Assembly (NCBI GenBank): GCA_013151555.1
Contig: JAADIA010000018.1
Location: 1 to 55,194, forward strand
Reading direction: 5' to 3'
Length of the DNA: 55,194 nucleotides
DNA from: Nitrospirota bacterium
Lineage (GTDB): Bacteria; NPL-UPA2; JAADIA01
The stretch's first letter is position 1; each line of letters begins with the position of its first letter. Below the pieces are notes generated by a model. That model saw only the letters and a program-made list of their open reading frames with translations. It was not told the DNA's origin and made no database searches. The position numbers were made by a program, and so were the translations under genes. Shown one piece after another: positions 37,576-46,831 of the stretch.

Positions 37576-38742
37576 TTATCCTGTTTTTTGGGCTTCCTTA
37601 TAGACTTCCCGAAAAGGTATCCCCTTTTGTTGAGCTATCTTTCGGCAATCTTCATACTCCGGAGACAGGTGTCTTACCTTCTCATCCGTCCCGGCTATTT
37701 TGACTTTAACCTTTCCATATTTTGTTTTAACCTCTTTTACCACCCGAGACAGTTTTCGACGTTTTGTCCGGTAGGTCCTCACTCCCAGGGAAGAGGTTTC
37801 TGCAAAAATAATAGCAATGAGAGCCTCAACGCGAGGAGGTTCAGCCAAGACAGTAACAAGCGTCCCCGGCCGGCCCTTCTTCATCTGCACAGGCGTCAGG
37901 AAGACATCCAGGGCCGCCTCTTCGAACAATCTCTCCTGAAGGTAGTTATAGACCTGAGGGTTCATATCGTCAATATTAGTCTCGATAACAACAATTTCAT
38001 CCTGCTCGCCTTCTCCCGGCGATTGACCGATAATCACTCTCAAAAGATTCGGCCGGGTAGAAAGGTTTCTGGACCCGACTCCATAGCCAACGGCTTCTAT
38101 CTTCATCGGAGGAACATCACCAAAACTCTCAGCCAGGACGGTAATGACCGCAGCTCCCGTGGGAGTAACCAACTCCACCTTTTCCTCAGACGGCAAAACC
38201 GGAACATCTTTAAGAAGCTCTATGGTAGCAGGAACAGGCACCGGCAATTGTCCTCCCTGACAATCAACCCATCCTCTCCCCAGGGAGAGAGGAGAGCTAT
38301 AGACCTTATCAATTCCCAACACCTGCAGACCCGTAAACGCGCCTACGATATCCACTATAGAGTCAACAGCTCCTACTTCGTGAAAATGAACCGTTTCCTG
38401 TTTTTGGTCATGAGCTTTAGCCTCAGCCGCTCCCAGTTTATTAAAAGTTTTTTTACTTTTCTCTTTAACTTTCCGGTCGAGCCGGCTTTTTTCTATTAAT
38501 CTTAGGATCTGACTTAAAGAACGTTCCTTTTCTTTTTTCTTACTCCCGGTAGTTTCTACCAGGAACTGTTTCCCTCTCAAGTTTCGGCGCTTTACGGTTT
38601 TGACTTTTATCCGGTAATCCTCAAGCTTCAGTTTCTTTAGTTCCTTACGCAATGCTTCTACAGATAAACCGGCATCGATTAACGCCCCTAAAATCATATC
38701 TCCGCTGATGCCGGAGAAGCAATCGAAATATGCAATTTTCAT
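37576..38742 (-). CDS. larC: Nickel pincer cofactor biosynthesis protein LarC
   Basis: YFDCFSGISGDMILGAL, VHFHEVGAVDSIVD, TPTGAA, ETNIDDM, MKKGRPG, PEYEDC. Confidence 0.96.
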   Translation of the reverse strand: MKIAYFDCFSGISGDMILGALIDAGLSVEALRKELKKLKLEDYRIKVKTVKRRNLRGKQFLVETTGSKKKEKERSLSQILRLIEKSRLDRKVKEKSKKTFNKLGAAEAKAHDQKQETVHFHEVGAVDSIVDIVGAFTGLQVLGIDKVYSSPLSLGRGWVDCQGGQLPVPVPATIELLKDVPVLPSEEKVELVTPTGAAVITVLAESFGDVPPMKIEAVGYGVGSRNLSTRPNLLRVIIGQSPGEGEQDEIVVIETNIDDMNPQVYNYLQERLFEEAALDVFLTPVQMKKGRPGTLVTVLAEPPRVEALIAIIFAETSSLGVRTYRTKRRKLSRVVKEVKTKYGKVKVKIAGTDEKVRHLSPEYEDCRKIAQQKGIPFREVYKEAQKTG

Positions 38743-38783
38743 CTTTAAGCTTTACCCCTTGAACCCTTAATCTTTCTTCTGCC

Positions 38784-39566
38784 TCATCTATCAACGCCAA
38801 CTATCAGGCTGGCCATATAGCCGGCCCCGTAACCGTTATCTATATTAACTACGGCTATCCCGGGAGCACAACTATTAAGCATCGTAAGGAGGGGAGCAAC
38901 TCCCTGGAAATTAGCTCCATAGCCAATGCTGGTAGGTACAGCAATAACCGGGCACTCGACCATCCCTCCCACTACACTGGCTAATGCTCCCTCCATTCCC
39001 GCCACGACGACAATAACTTTCGCTTTCAAGAGCTCCCCTCGCTGATCGAAAAGACGATGTATCCCGGCCACCCCCACATCATATACTTTCTTTACTTTAC
39101 TCCCCATAAACTCGGCTGTGACGACAGCTTCTTCAGCTACAGGAATATCGGAAGTACCCGCGGTAATGACCAGGATTGTTCCTTTTGTCCGTAACGGCGA
39201 TTTCTTCGTTCTTCTTTTTTTCGTTTTGCTTTCTTTCTTGATAACAATAACTCCAGCCTTCTCAAAGTAGCAAGCATGAGGGTGATACTCCTTGACAGCC
39301 TGGAAGACCGTCTCAGTGGCCCGGGTAGCTAAAACATCGATTTTTTCTCTTACCAATCTATCGATAATCTTTACTATCTCGTCTGTTGCTTTCCCCTGAC
39401 AGAAGATAGTCTCCGGGAAACCTTTCCTTAAAGACCGGTGGGTATCCACCCGGGCAAAACCGAGGTTCTGATAAGGCAGGGATTTCAGTTTCCGGAAAGC
39501 TTTCTCTGTAGATACCTTGCCGGCCCGGACTTCTTTCAAAAGTTGTTTGAGCGAATCAGTATCCAT
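38784..39566 (-). CDS. larB: Nickel pincer cofactor biosynthesis protein LarB
   Basis: ARVDTHR…GFPE, AGTSDIPVAEEA, DVGVAGIHRL, AGMEGAL, PTSIGYG, VVNIDNG. Start placed at MDTD (39566). Confidence 0.96.
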   Translation of the reverse strand: MDTDSLKQLLKEVRAGKVSTEKAFRKLKSLPYQNLGFARVDTHRSLRKGFPETIFCQGKATDEIVKIIDRLVREKIDVLATRATETVFQAVKEYHPHACYFEKAGVIVIKKESKTKKRRTKKSPLRTKGTILVITAGTSDIPVAEEAVVTAEFMGSKVKKVYDVGVAGIHRLFDQRGELLKAKVIVVVAGMEGALASVVGGMVECPVIAVPTSIGYGANFQGVAPLLTMLNSCAPGIAVVNIDNGYGAGYMASLIVGVDR

Positions 39567-39693
39567 TTTAAGACAATACCCTCTCCGAACACCGGGAGTC
39601 CCTGACTGCCCGGGCAATATTAGTTAATAGGAAACCCGCCATCCACCGGACAGTGACCATAGTTCCGATATTTATTCCCAATTTATTGATGCT

Positions 39694-40368
39694 TTACCTA
39701 CCTGAGATTATCCTGTTCAAACAGTCGGCTACGTTCTCAGCATGATCGGCAATAGCTCCTACTTCCCTGGAGATATTTATCAGGAAGAAAACGGAAACCG
39801 GAGTTAGCTTCGTTTCTATCCCGAACAACTTCTTAGCAAAATCGAGCTGTATTTCATCTGCCTCCCATTCCCTTCGGGCAGCCAATTCTAAGGTTTTCAA
39901 GAGCTTGTCTAACTTACTTCTATTATAGGAGCTCTCTGCCAAATTTTTCAATTCCTTGCTGACCTCCCTTACCGCCTCAACCGCCTTCATTACCTTATCG
40001 GTCAGCTTGAGGAGACTTTCCTGCAAAACCGGGGGCACCTCCGTCTTCCTCATCTCCAAGAGCTTGGCAACATCCTCACAGGAATCAGCGATTCTATCTT
40101 GTTCCTTTAGACAGGCTAAGATATCCGCTCTTTCTACAGAGACAAAGAGACTTCTGGAGAGACTTTTTTTAATAATCCCTTTTATCATATCCGCCTCATG
40201 CTCCAATTTGGAAATACGCCCGGCCTTATCGGCTACCTTCCGGTAATCCTGCTCCAGGAAACTTTCCATCAAGGGCTTGAGCATCTTCAAACAGTCATTT
40301 ACTTTCATCATATGCTCATGCAGAGGGCCAAAGGGAGACCGCCCCAAGACTCCACCTATAGTTTTCAT
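39694..40368 (-). CDS. DUF47/TIGR00153 (PhoU-like) phosphate transport regulator
   Basis: GRSPFGPLHEHM, LEHEAD, QDRIAD, EWEAD, IADHAEN; RBS GGAGG before ATG 40368. Confidence 0.92.
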   Translation of the reverse strand: MKTIGGVLGRSPFGPLHEHMMKVNDCLKMLKPLMESFLEQDYRKVADKAGRISKLEHEADMIKGIIKKSLSRSLFVSVERADILACLKEQDRIADSCEDVAKLLEMRKTEVPPVLQESLLKLTDKVMKAVEAVREVSKELKNLAESSYNRSKLDKLLKTLELAARREWEADEIQLDFAKKLFGIETKLTPVSVFFLINISREVGAIADHAENVADCLNRIISGR

Positions 40369-40500
40369 AAAGCCATCGCCTCCTTTAGATAACATAACTA
40401 CATGAATTATACTTTACTACACTTCAAAAGATAGTGCAACCATTTTTGATTGAATCTTCAGCGCTGGTATGATACCCTCTCAAAGAGGGAGAATTGCCAT

Positions 40501-42126
40501 ATGAATAGCCGGGAGATAAGCCTTTTAGCTTTTGGCTTGGTCGGGGGGTTAGCCATATTCCTCTACGGAATGCGGTTAGCCAGCGAGGAGTTGCAAAAGA
40601 TTGCCGGAGGACACCTCCGGGCCATCCTGGGATTACTAACCAGGAACCGTTTCCTGGGAATGATTGTTGGTCTCTTAGTTGCTGTGGCTACTCAGAGCTC
40701 CAGCGCTACAACTGTTATGTTGGTTAGTTTTGCTGACACTGCCCTTATGGAATTGAGACAGGCCATCGGAGTAATCTTAGGAGCCGCCATCGGAACCACT
40801 TTAACAGTGCAGTTGATTGCCTTCAAGATAACCGATTATGCGCCTCTGCTCATCGCTCTGGGTTTTTCCCTGACTCTCATTAAAAAACAGAAGAAGACGG
40901 AACGCTTCGGGAGGGCTCTTCTGGGATTTGGTTTCATCTTCCTGGGAATGGGAATAATGTCATCTGCCTCCGCCCCCTTAAAATCTTCCCCGCATTTCAC
41001 CAGATTCCTTCTCAGCCTGGGAGAGAAACCTTTCCTGGGACTACTCCTGGCCACAGCCTTCACCGCCGTTATCCAGTCAAGTGCAGCCACCTTGGCCCTG
41101 GCGATCACTCTATCCGCTCAGGGATTATTAACTCTTAACGGAGCCCTGCCGATAATCCTGGGAGCAAACATCGGCACTACGGCTACGGCTCTCCTGGCAA
41201 GTATAGGAAGCTCCCGGGAAGGGAAACAGGTAGCTTTAGCTCACTTTCTTTTTAAAGTAATAGGAGTAATTATCTTCCTTCCTTTTCTCACTCCCTTTGG
41301 AAAATTGATTGACACTACCTCAATATATGCCGCCCGCCAGATAGCTAATGCTCATACAATCTTTAATGTAATAAATACTCTTCTATTCTTACCTTTTGTT
41401 GCAACCATGTCTCATCTTGTTAAAAAGTTACTTCCCTCAAAACCCGGGAGAGAATCAATAAGTAAGAGCCGCTATTTGGATGAGAAAGTATTAGATGTTC
41501 CTTCTTTAGCTCTCAATCAAGCTGCTAAAGAGATCTCTCGCATGGCCGGGATGGTTCGGGAGATGGTTAAGGAAAGCTTCTCCGTTATCTCCGAGAACGA
41601 TGAAAACCTCCTCGAAAAACTGAGAGAGAAAGAAAGAATAATTGATGCTCTCAGCCGGGAGAATATCAGTTACCTTACCCGTCTCTCCCAGAGGAGGTTA
41701 AGCAACGAAGAATCTAAAAGAGGCATCAGCCTGCTTTATATCACCAGTGATCTGGAACATATCGGCGACCTGGTGGATAATAACCTGATGGAGTTAGCCC
41801 AGAAAAAGATAGAGAAAGCCCTCTCTTTTTCCATAGAAGGTGGAATGGACTTAGAAAAGATGCACAAGAAGATAATGGACAGCCTGGAGATGGTTAAAGA
41901 TGCCCTTGCTGATAATGACCGGGAGCTTGCTAAAAAGATCATTGATTCTAAGAATGAAACCGACCGGCTGGAAAGAAATTTGCGTCGGGCTCATCTTTTC
42001 CGTCTGGGGAAAGAATTACCGGAGACCAGAGAGACGAGCTCTATTCATCTGGACGTTCTGGACAACTTGAAGCGAATCAACTCTCATGCTGCCGACATTG
42101 CTCATGCTATCTTAGAAGAGATATGA
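40501..42126 (+). CDS. Na/Pi cotransporter family protein with C-terminal PhoU domains
   Basis: GGLAIFLYGM, two QSS repeats, GANIGT, IANAHTIFN, DLEHIGD, ETSSIHLD. Confidence 0.95.
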   Translation: MNSREISLLAFGLVGGLAIFLYGMRLASEELQKIAGGHLRAILGLLTRNRFLGMIVGLLVAVATQSSSATTVMLVSFADTALMELRQAIGVILGAAIGTTLTVQLIAFKITDYAPLLIALGFSLTLIKKQKKTERFGRALLGFGFIFLGMGIMSSASAPLKSSPHFTRFLLSLGEKPFLGLLLATAFTAVIQSSAATLALAITLSAQGLLTLNGALPIILGANIGTTATALLASIGSSREGKQVALAHFLFKVIGVIIFLPFLTPFGKLIDTTSIYAARQIANAHTIFNVINTLLFLPFVATMSHLVKKLLPSKPGRESISKSRYLDEKVLDVPSLALNQAAKEISRMAGMVREMVKESFSVISENDENLLEKLREKERIIDALSRENISYLTRLSQRRLSNEESKRGISLLYITSDLEHIGDLVDNNLMELAQKKIEKALSFSIEGGMDLEKMHKKIMDSLEMVKDALADNDRELAKKIIDSKNETDRLERNLRRAHLFRLGKELPETRETSSIHLDVLDNLKRINSHAADIAHAILEEI

Positions 42127-42163
42127 TTGAATCGTTAAACCTTTTCCTTGAACCCTTATTTTT

Positions 42164-43219
42164 TTACAGGCTTAGATTAGCGACGGCGTTCAAGGTGAGA
42201 GGATTACTTCTCTCTCCTTTCTTAATCCGATGGTAACCGGAAGCAGCTACCATAGCGGCATTGTCGGTAGCCAGGTCAGGGGGAGGCATGTAGACTTTTA
42301 TCTTATCTTCTTCAGCTTTATCCCGGAGAGCTTTTCGTAAACCGCGGTTAGCCGTTACCCCACCCCCCACTACCAGCGTCTTTACTTTCGTCTCCATAAC
42401 GGCTCGGAAACTTTTCTTTACCAGAACGTCAACAACAGCCGCCTGGAAACTGGCAGCAATGTCAGCTACTTCGCTAACCGATAACTTGCCTGTGCCCGGA
42501 AGGGTATAATCCGCATCTCGCAACTTGAATCCCGTAACCGGCAACTTTTTTCTGTCCCTCAGGTAATAAAGGACGGCGGTCTTTAAACCGCTGAAACTGA
42601 AATCGAAGGAGTTAGGTAAATAAGGTCGGGGAAATCTGATTTTGTCTTTATCTCCTCTCTGAGCCAACTTATCTATTTCCGGTCCCCCTGGATACCCCAA
42701 GCCCAGGAGTTGGGCGACCTTGTCATAAGCTTCTCCTGCCGCATCGTCCCGGGTAGCTCCCAGGAGCTTGTAATCACTATCTCCCTTAATAAAGACGAGG
42801 CTGGTATGCCCCCCCGAAGCAATGAGAGAAACGAAAGGAGGATTGATAGAATGGCTTAAAGAAGCAGAATGGATATGTCCTTCCAAATGATTGATTCCAA
42901 TGAAGGGTAGGTTATGAACATAACTCAGGGACTTGGCCACGGATACTCCCACAAGGAGGGAACCGATTAACCCGGGGCCATAAGTCACGGCGATACCACC
43001 TAGATCTTGCAGGGAAACTCCGGCTTGTTGGCAGGCTTTTTCCAAAACCGGGGAGATAGCCTGAAGATGGGCGCGGCTGGCTAATTCCGGGACTACGCCC
43101 CCAAATCTTCTGTGCAGACTTAACTGGGAGGCAACAACGTTTGAACGGATTATTTTACCATCTTCAACGATAGATGCCGCCGTTTCATCACAGGAAGTTT
43201 CAATTCCCAGAATCAGCAA
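42164..43219 (-). CDS. tsaD: tRNA t6A threonylcarbamoyltransferase
   Basis: LGIETSCDET, GGVVPELASRAH, HLEGH, SGGHT, DDAAGEAYDK, FSFSGLKT, TDNAAMV. Start uncertain; TTG 43219 chosen. Confidence 0.97.
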   Translation of the reverse strand: MLILGIETSCDETAASIVEDGKIIRSNVVASQLSLHRRFGGVVPELASRAHLQAISPVLEKACQQAGVSLQDLGGIAVTYGPGLIGSLLVGVSVAKSLSYVHNLPFIGINHLEGHIHSASLSHSINPPFVSLIASGGHTSLVFIKGDSDYKLLGATRDDAAGEAYDKVAQLLGLGYPGGPEIDKLAQRGDKDKIRFPRPYLPNSFDFSFSGLKTAVLYYLRDRKKLPVTGFKLRDADYTLPGTGKLSVSEVADIAASFQAAVVDVLVKKSFRAVMETKVKTLVVGGGVTANRGLRKALRDKAEEDKIKVYMPPPDLATDNAAMVAASGYHRIKKGERSNPLTLNAVANLSL

Positions 43220-43223
43220 GATA

Positions 43224-43288
43224 AGTGCTCCAGTACTTGAGTGCTCCAATTAATAACTTTAATGCTTTGACCGGAGCACTGGAGCACT
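43224..43288. repeat. 8-nt periodic inverted-arm element
   Basis: AGTGCTCC AGTACTTG AGTGCTCC ... GGAGCACT GGAGCACT (exact reverse complement of the unit). Confidence 0.85.
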
Positions 43289-43772
43289 AAGGTTTTAACA
43301 GTTGTTTTTTGGGTTGCTCCAAAGTAAGGGAATAAGTAGCGATGGTTTTAATACCGATAGTCATCATTAACGATTGCGTCTTTTTGCTTTCAAAAGTGCG
43401 AGAGCTGAGTATCCTTCCTCCCACTTTTTCTACTGCCTTCTTTATGTCATCACGATATTCCTGCAATGATCGAGTGGCCGGAACTCTAATTTGAGATGTG
43501 AAGTGAATCCATTCTCGTTTTCCTTCCTTTTTCTCCTCAGGATACTGGAGAATTAAATTCTTATTAGATATCCCCATTCCGGCGAGAGCCTCTCCCGTGC
43601 TGAAATAAATCTTTCGGGAAATTGCTCCATAGTCAATCAAAGAAGGCCAGGGAAGAAGAGAATCCCCTCCCTTCCGTGCTTGCAGGAAGTCAAGAAAGAG
43701 AAATCCTCCTATAAGGATGAGCAGCAGTCCGAAGATTACCATCCGGGAAGAACCGCCCTTTTTATTTCCCAC
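43287..43772 (-). CDS. Hypothetical membrane-anchored protein
   Basis: Basic N-terminus plus a single TM; overlaps the ctpA stop; RBS GGAGG. Confidence 0.75.
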   Translation of the reverse strand: MGNKKGGSSRMVIFGLLLILIGGFLFLDFLQARKGGDSLLPWPSLIDYGAISRKIYFSTGEALAGMGISNKNLILQYPEEKKEGKREWIHFTSQIRVPATRSLQEYRDDIKKAVEKVGGRILSSRTFESKKTQSLMMTIGIKTIATYSLTLEQPKKQLLKP

Positions 43773-45024
43773 TCTTCGCCTCCTTTAAACTATTAAACAT
43801 AGCCTCAAAAGTAGGCCAGGCTTTCAAGATGCTGACGGCCTGCTGCAATTGGTTATCCTGCGCTTCTCTTGTCTTCAAAGAGTTTTGTTCTTCTGCTTTA
43901 TTCTCCTCGCCTTCCTTGTGAGGAAGAGACACATTCTCTTCTTTAACCGTTCTTCTCTTAACAATAATATCCGGGACAATCTTCTCCTCATGGATAGAGC
44001 GTCCCTTGGGAGTAAAATACTTCGCCGTGGTCAACCTCAGAGCTGAACCATCGCCAAGAGGAAGAATCGTCTGAACCGTGGCCTTACCGAAAGTCTTTGT
44101 CCCGATGATTATACCTCTATTCCAGTCCTGGATAGCTCCGGCAACGATTTCAGAGGCACTGGCACTGCCACCATTGACCAACAATACAAGCGGATAGTTA
44201 GGATGAGGTTTCACTCGAGCACGGAAATCACGATTACTTCCGGGCGTTCGTCCCCTGGTATAGACGATCATATCTCCTTTAGGAAGAAACTTATTAGCCA
44301 CTGCCACCGCCATTGTTAAAAGTCCGCCGGGATTGTTCCGCAGATCCAGAATCAGCCCTTTCATCCCCTCCCCTTCCAATTTCTGAAGCGCCGCTTCCAA
44401 TTCCTTTCCTGTACCCTCCCGGAATTCGACGAGACGAATGTAACCGATTCCATCCTCAACTATGTGAGCATTTTTCACGGCAGGCAACTCAATATTTTCC
44501 CGGGTAAGAGTAATCTCAGGAATCAGTTTCCGGTCACGGATCACGGTAATAGTTACCGGAGTACCCTCCGGCCCCCGCAGTTTCTTTACCGCTTCCATAA
44601 GGGTCATATCCTTTGTCGGCTTGCCTTCTATCTTGATAATAATATCCCCGGACTTAATACCCGCTCGAGAGGCCGGAGTATCTTCCAGGGGAGAGATAAC
44701 CGTCAGAAAATTATCTTTTACGGTAACCATCATCCCCAAACCTCCAAAGTGACCCTGGCTCTGTATCTTGAGTTCACCATACAGGTCCGGACTCATAAAC
44801 TGGCTGTGAGGGTCCAGGGAGGCAAGCATCCCTTTCAAAGCCCCATAAATCAGTTTTTGGGCATCCACCTTTTCCACATACTGCTTCTGGACAATATCCA
44901 GGGTATCGGCAAAAAGTTTCAGTTGCTTATAAAGGTCTTTATCACTCTTACCTGAAGCCTGCCCTCCCGAAGACAGAACGACAAATATAATTATGATACC
45001 TGCTAACCACCGATTCAATCTCAT
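43762..45024 (-). CDS. ctpA: Carboxyl-terminal processing protease (S41A)
   Basis: LDPHS, PDZ FGGLGM, DLRNNPGG, SASASEI, TFGK. Confidence 0.96.
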   Translation of the reverse strand: MRLNRWLAGIIIIFVVLSSGGQASGKSDKDLYKQLKLFADTLDIVQKQYVEKVDAQKLIYGALKGMLASLDPHSQFMSPDLYGELKIQSQGHFGGLGMMVTVKDNFLTVISPLEDTPASRAGIKSGDIIIKIEGKPTKDMTLMEAVKKLRGPEGTPVTITVIRDRKLIPEITLTRENIELPAVKNAHIVEDGIGYIRLVEFREGTGKELEAALQKLEGEGMKGLILDLRNNPGGLLTMAVAVANKFLPKGDMIVYTRGRTPGSNRDFRARVKPHPNYPLVLLVNGGSASASEIVAGAIQDWNRGIIIGTKTFGKATVQTILPLGDGSALRLTTAKYFTPKGRSIHEEKIVPDIIVKRRTVKEENVSLPHKEGEENKAEEQNSLKTREAQDNQLQQAVSILKAWPTFEAMFNSLKEAKSGK

Positions 45025-45165
45025 CTTTACTCTCCTTTTCTTCCTACAATATCATAAAGTCTTAAGCAATGTAAAGTTTTTTGAAAACTTATTCCGGTTT
45101 TTCTTTATTAAGCCTAAAATCCCACCAATTAAACATTCTCTTATTTGCCGTTAATGACTCATTTA

Positions 45166-46608
45166 TTACTTCAGCTTACCCAGCTTTTCCTTAAGTAACT
45201 TATTTACCAACTGAGGGTTAGCCTTACCCCGGGTCACTTTCATCACTTGCCCGATAAAAAATCCCAGAGCCTTCTCCTTTCCGCCCTGGAAATCTCTCAC
45301 CGATTGAGGATTCTTCTCAATTATTTCGTCGGCTATCCTACTCACTTCATCCTCATCGCTCATCTGACTCCAACCCTTTTCCTTGACTATCTCCTCAGCC
45401 TCCTTGCCGGTATCAAGCATCTCGGCAAATACATCCTTGGCTATCCGACCGCTGATTGCTCCCTTCTTAATCATATTAAGCATATTTGCGAAATGCGTCG
45501 CCGGTAAGAGACATTCTTCAATATTTATATTCCTCTCTTTCAATCCTCTCAGAAGTTCCCCCATCACCCAATTGCTGACCATCTTCGCCTCCGGAAAAAG
45601 TTTCACCGTATCCTCATAGAAATCCGCTAAATACTTATCGGCAATGAGAACCTGAGCATCATATTCCGGGATTTTGTATTCCCGGGAGAAACGAAGCTTA
45701 CGTTCCCGGGGTAATTCCGGCATTGCTTTTCGAACCCTATCTATCCAATTATCTTTGATTATCAAGGGAGAAAGATCCGGTTCCGGGAAATAACGATAGT
45801 CGTGAGCTTCCTCCTTGCTGCGCATAGTTGAGGTTACTTCCTTTTCTTCATCCCAGAGACGCGTCTCTGCTTTTATATGGCCCCCTTCTTTTAAAACTTC
45901 TCCCTGTCTTCTCATTTCATGCTGGAGAGCCTTGGAGACCATTTTGAAAGAATTCAAGTTTTTCATTTCCACCCGGTTTCCCAGCCGGGATTCTCCCTCT
46001 AACCTTAGAGAAATATTGGCCTCAAAGCGGAGGGAACCTTCTTCCATACAGCAGTCACAAACACCCAGATAGAGCAAAATATCTCTCAGAGAAATCATGA
46101 ATTTCTCTACTTCCTCCAGACTTCTCATATCCGGTTGAGTAACTATCTCTATAAGAGGAATCCCCGCCCGGTTAAGATCCACCAAACTCTCCCCCGCATC
46201 AGCGCCTCCTCCATGAATATTCTTCCCGGCATCTTCTTCCAGGTGAATATTGTCAATACCCACCCGCTTCGTTCCCTTCTCCAGAGGAACATCCAGGTAA
46301 CCTTTGAAAGCAACGGGAAGATAGTTCTGGGATATCTGATAGTTTTTGGGAAGGTCCGGGTAATAATAATTCTTTCGGTCGAATTTGCTGTAAGGAGAAA
46401 CTTGACAATTCAAGGCTAAAGCAACTTTTATGGCATCCTCGACCGCTGCCTCGTTCAAAACAGGAAGCACGCCGGGAAGACCCAGACAGACGGGACAAGT
46501 CTGGGAATTGGGACTGGCTCCGAACTTCGTGCTGCAACCACAAAAAATCTTCGAATTAGTGGACAGCCCCGCATGTACTTCTAATCCTATCACAGTTTCA
46601 TATTGCAT
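45166..46608 (-). CDS. gatB: Asp/Glu-tRNA amidotransferase subunit B
   Basis: VIGLEVH, FDRKNYYYPDLPK, HLEEDAGK, DLNRAG, DYRYFPEPDL, GKANP. Confidence 0.98.
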   Translation of the reverse strand: MQYETVIGLEVHAGLSTNSKIFCGCSTKFGASPNSQTCPVCLGLPGVLPVLNEAAVEDAIKVALALNCQVSPYSKFDRKNYYYPDLPKNYQISQNYLPVAFKGYLDVPLEKGTKRVGIDNIHLEEDAGKNIHGGGADAGESLVDLNRAGIPLIEIVTQPDMRSLEEVEKFMISLRDILLYLGVCDCCMEEGSLRFEANISLRLEGESRLGNRVEMKNLNSFKMVSKALQHEMRRQGEVLKEGGHIKAETRLWDEEKEVTSTMRSKEEAHDYRYFPEPDLSPLIIKDNWIDRVRKAMPELPRERKLRFSREYKIPEYDAQVLIADKYLADFYEDTVKLFPEAKMVSNWVMGELLRGLKERNINIEECLLPATHFANMLNMIKKGAISGRIAKDVFAEMLDTGKEAEEIVKEKGWSQMSDEDEVSRIADEIIEKNPQSVRDFQGGKEKALGFFIGQVMKVTRGKANPQLVNKLLKEKLGKLK

Positions 46609-46622
46609 CAAGATGTCCCAGT

Positions 46623-46823
46623 AAATTATCGCCCTTCGGACGGACTTTTAACCACGGAAGCACAGAATCACGGAAAAATTTGACTTATTTTTCTTTCTTA
46701 ATTCTAAATTCATTATTCCGTGTTTGCCGTTATTCCGTGTTTCCGTGGTCTTTCTTAAGTCGTTAATTTTTAACCTTTTTATGCTCAACAAGTTGAAAAG
46801 GATATTCCTATACAGTCAAGCTA
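46623..46823. repeat. Dispersed intergenic element, long copy, with 9-nt periodic inverted arms
   Basis: ACCACGGAA GCACAGAA TCACGGAA ... TTCCGTGT TTCCGTGGT; flanks align with 6809..6938. Confidence 0.9.
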
Positions 46824-46831
46824 TTAACTAA

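Noticed and set aside
37588-38499. 303-aa plus-strand ORF
   Set aside because: Antisense shadow of larC with no recognisable motif.
37576-39566. larBC as a novel system
   Set aside because: Scattered larB/larC without adjacent larA/larE is common. The Lys/Arg-rich LarB loop near 39180-39240 might be repeat-derived, but its periodicity is too weak to call.
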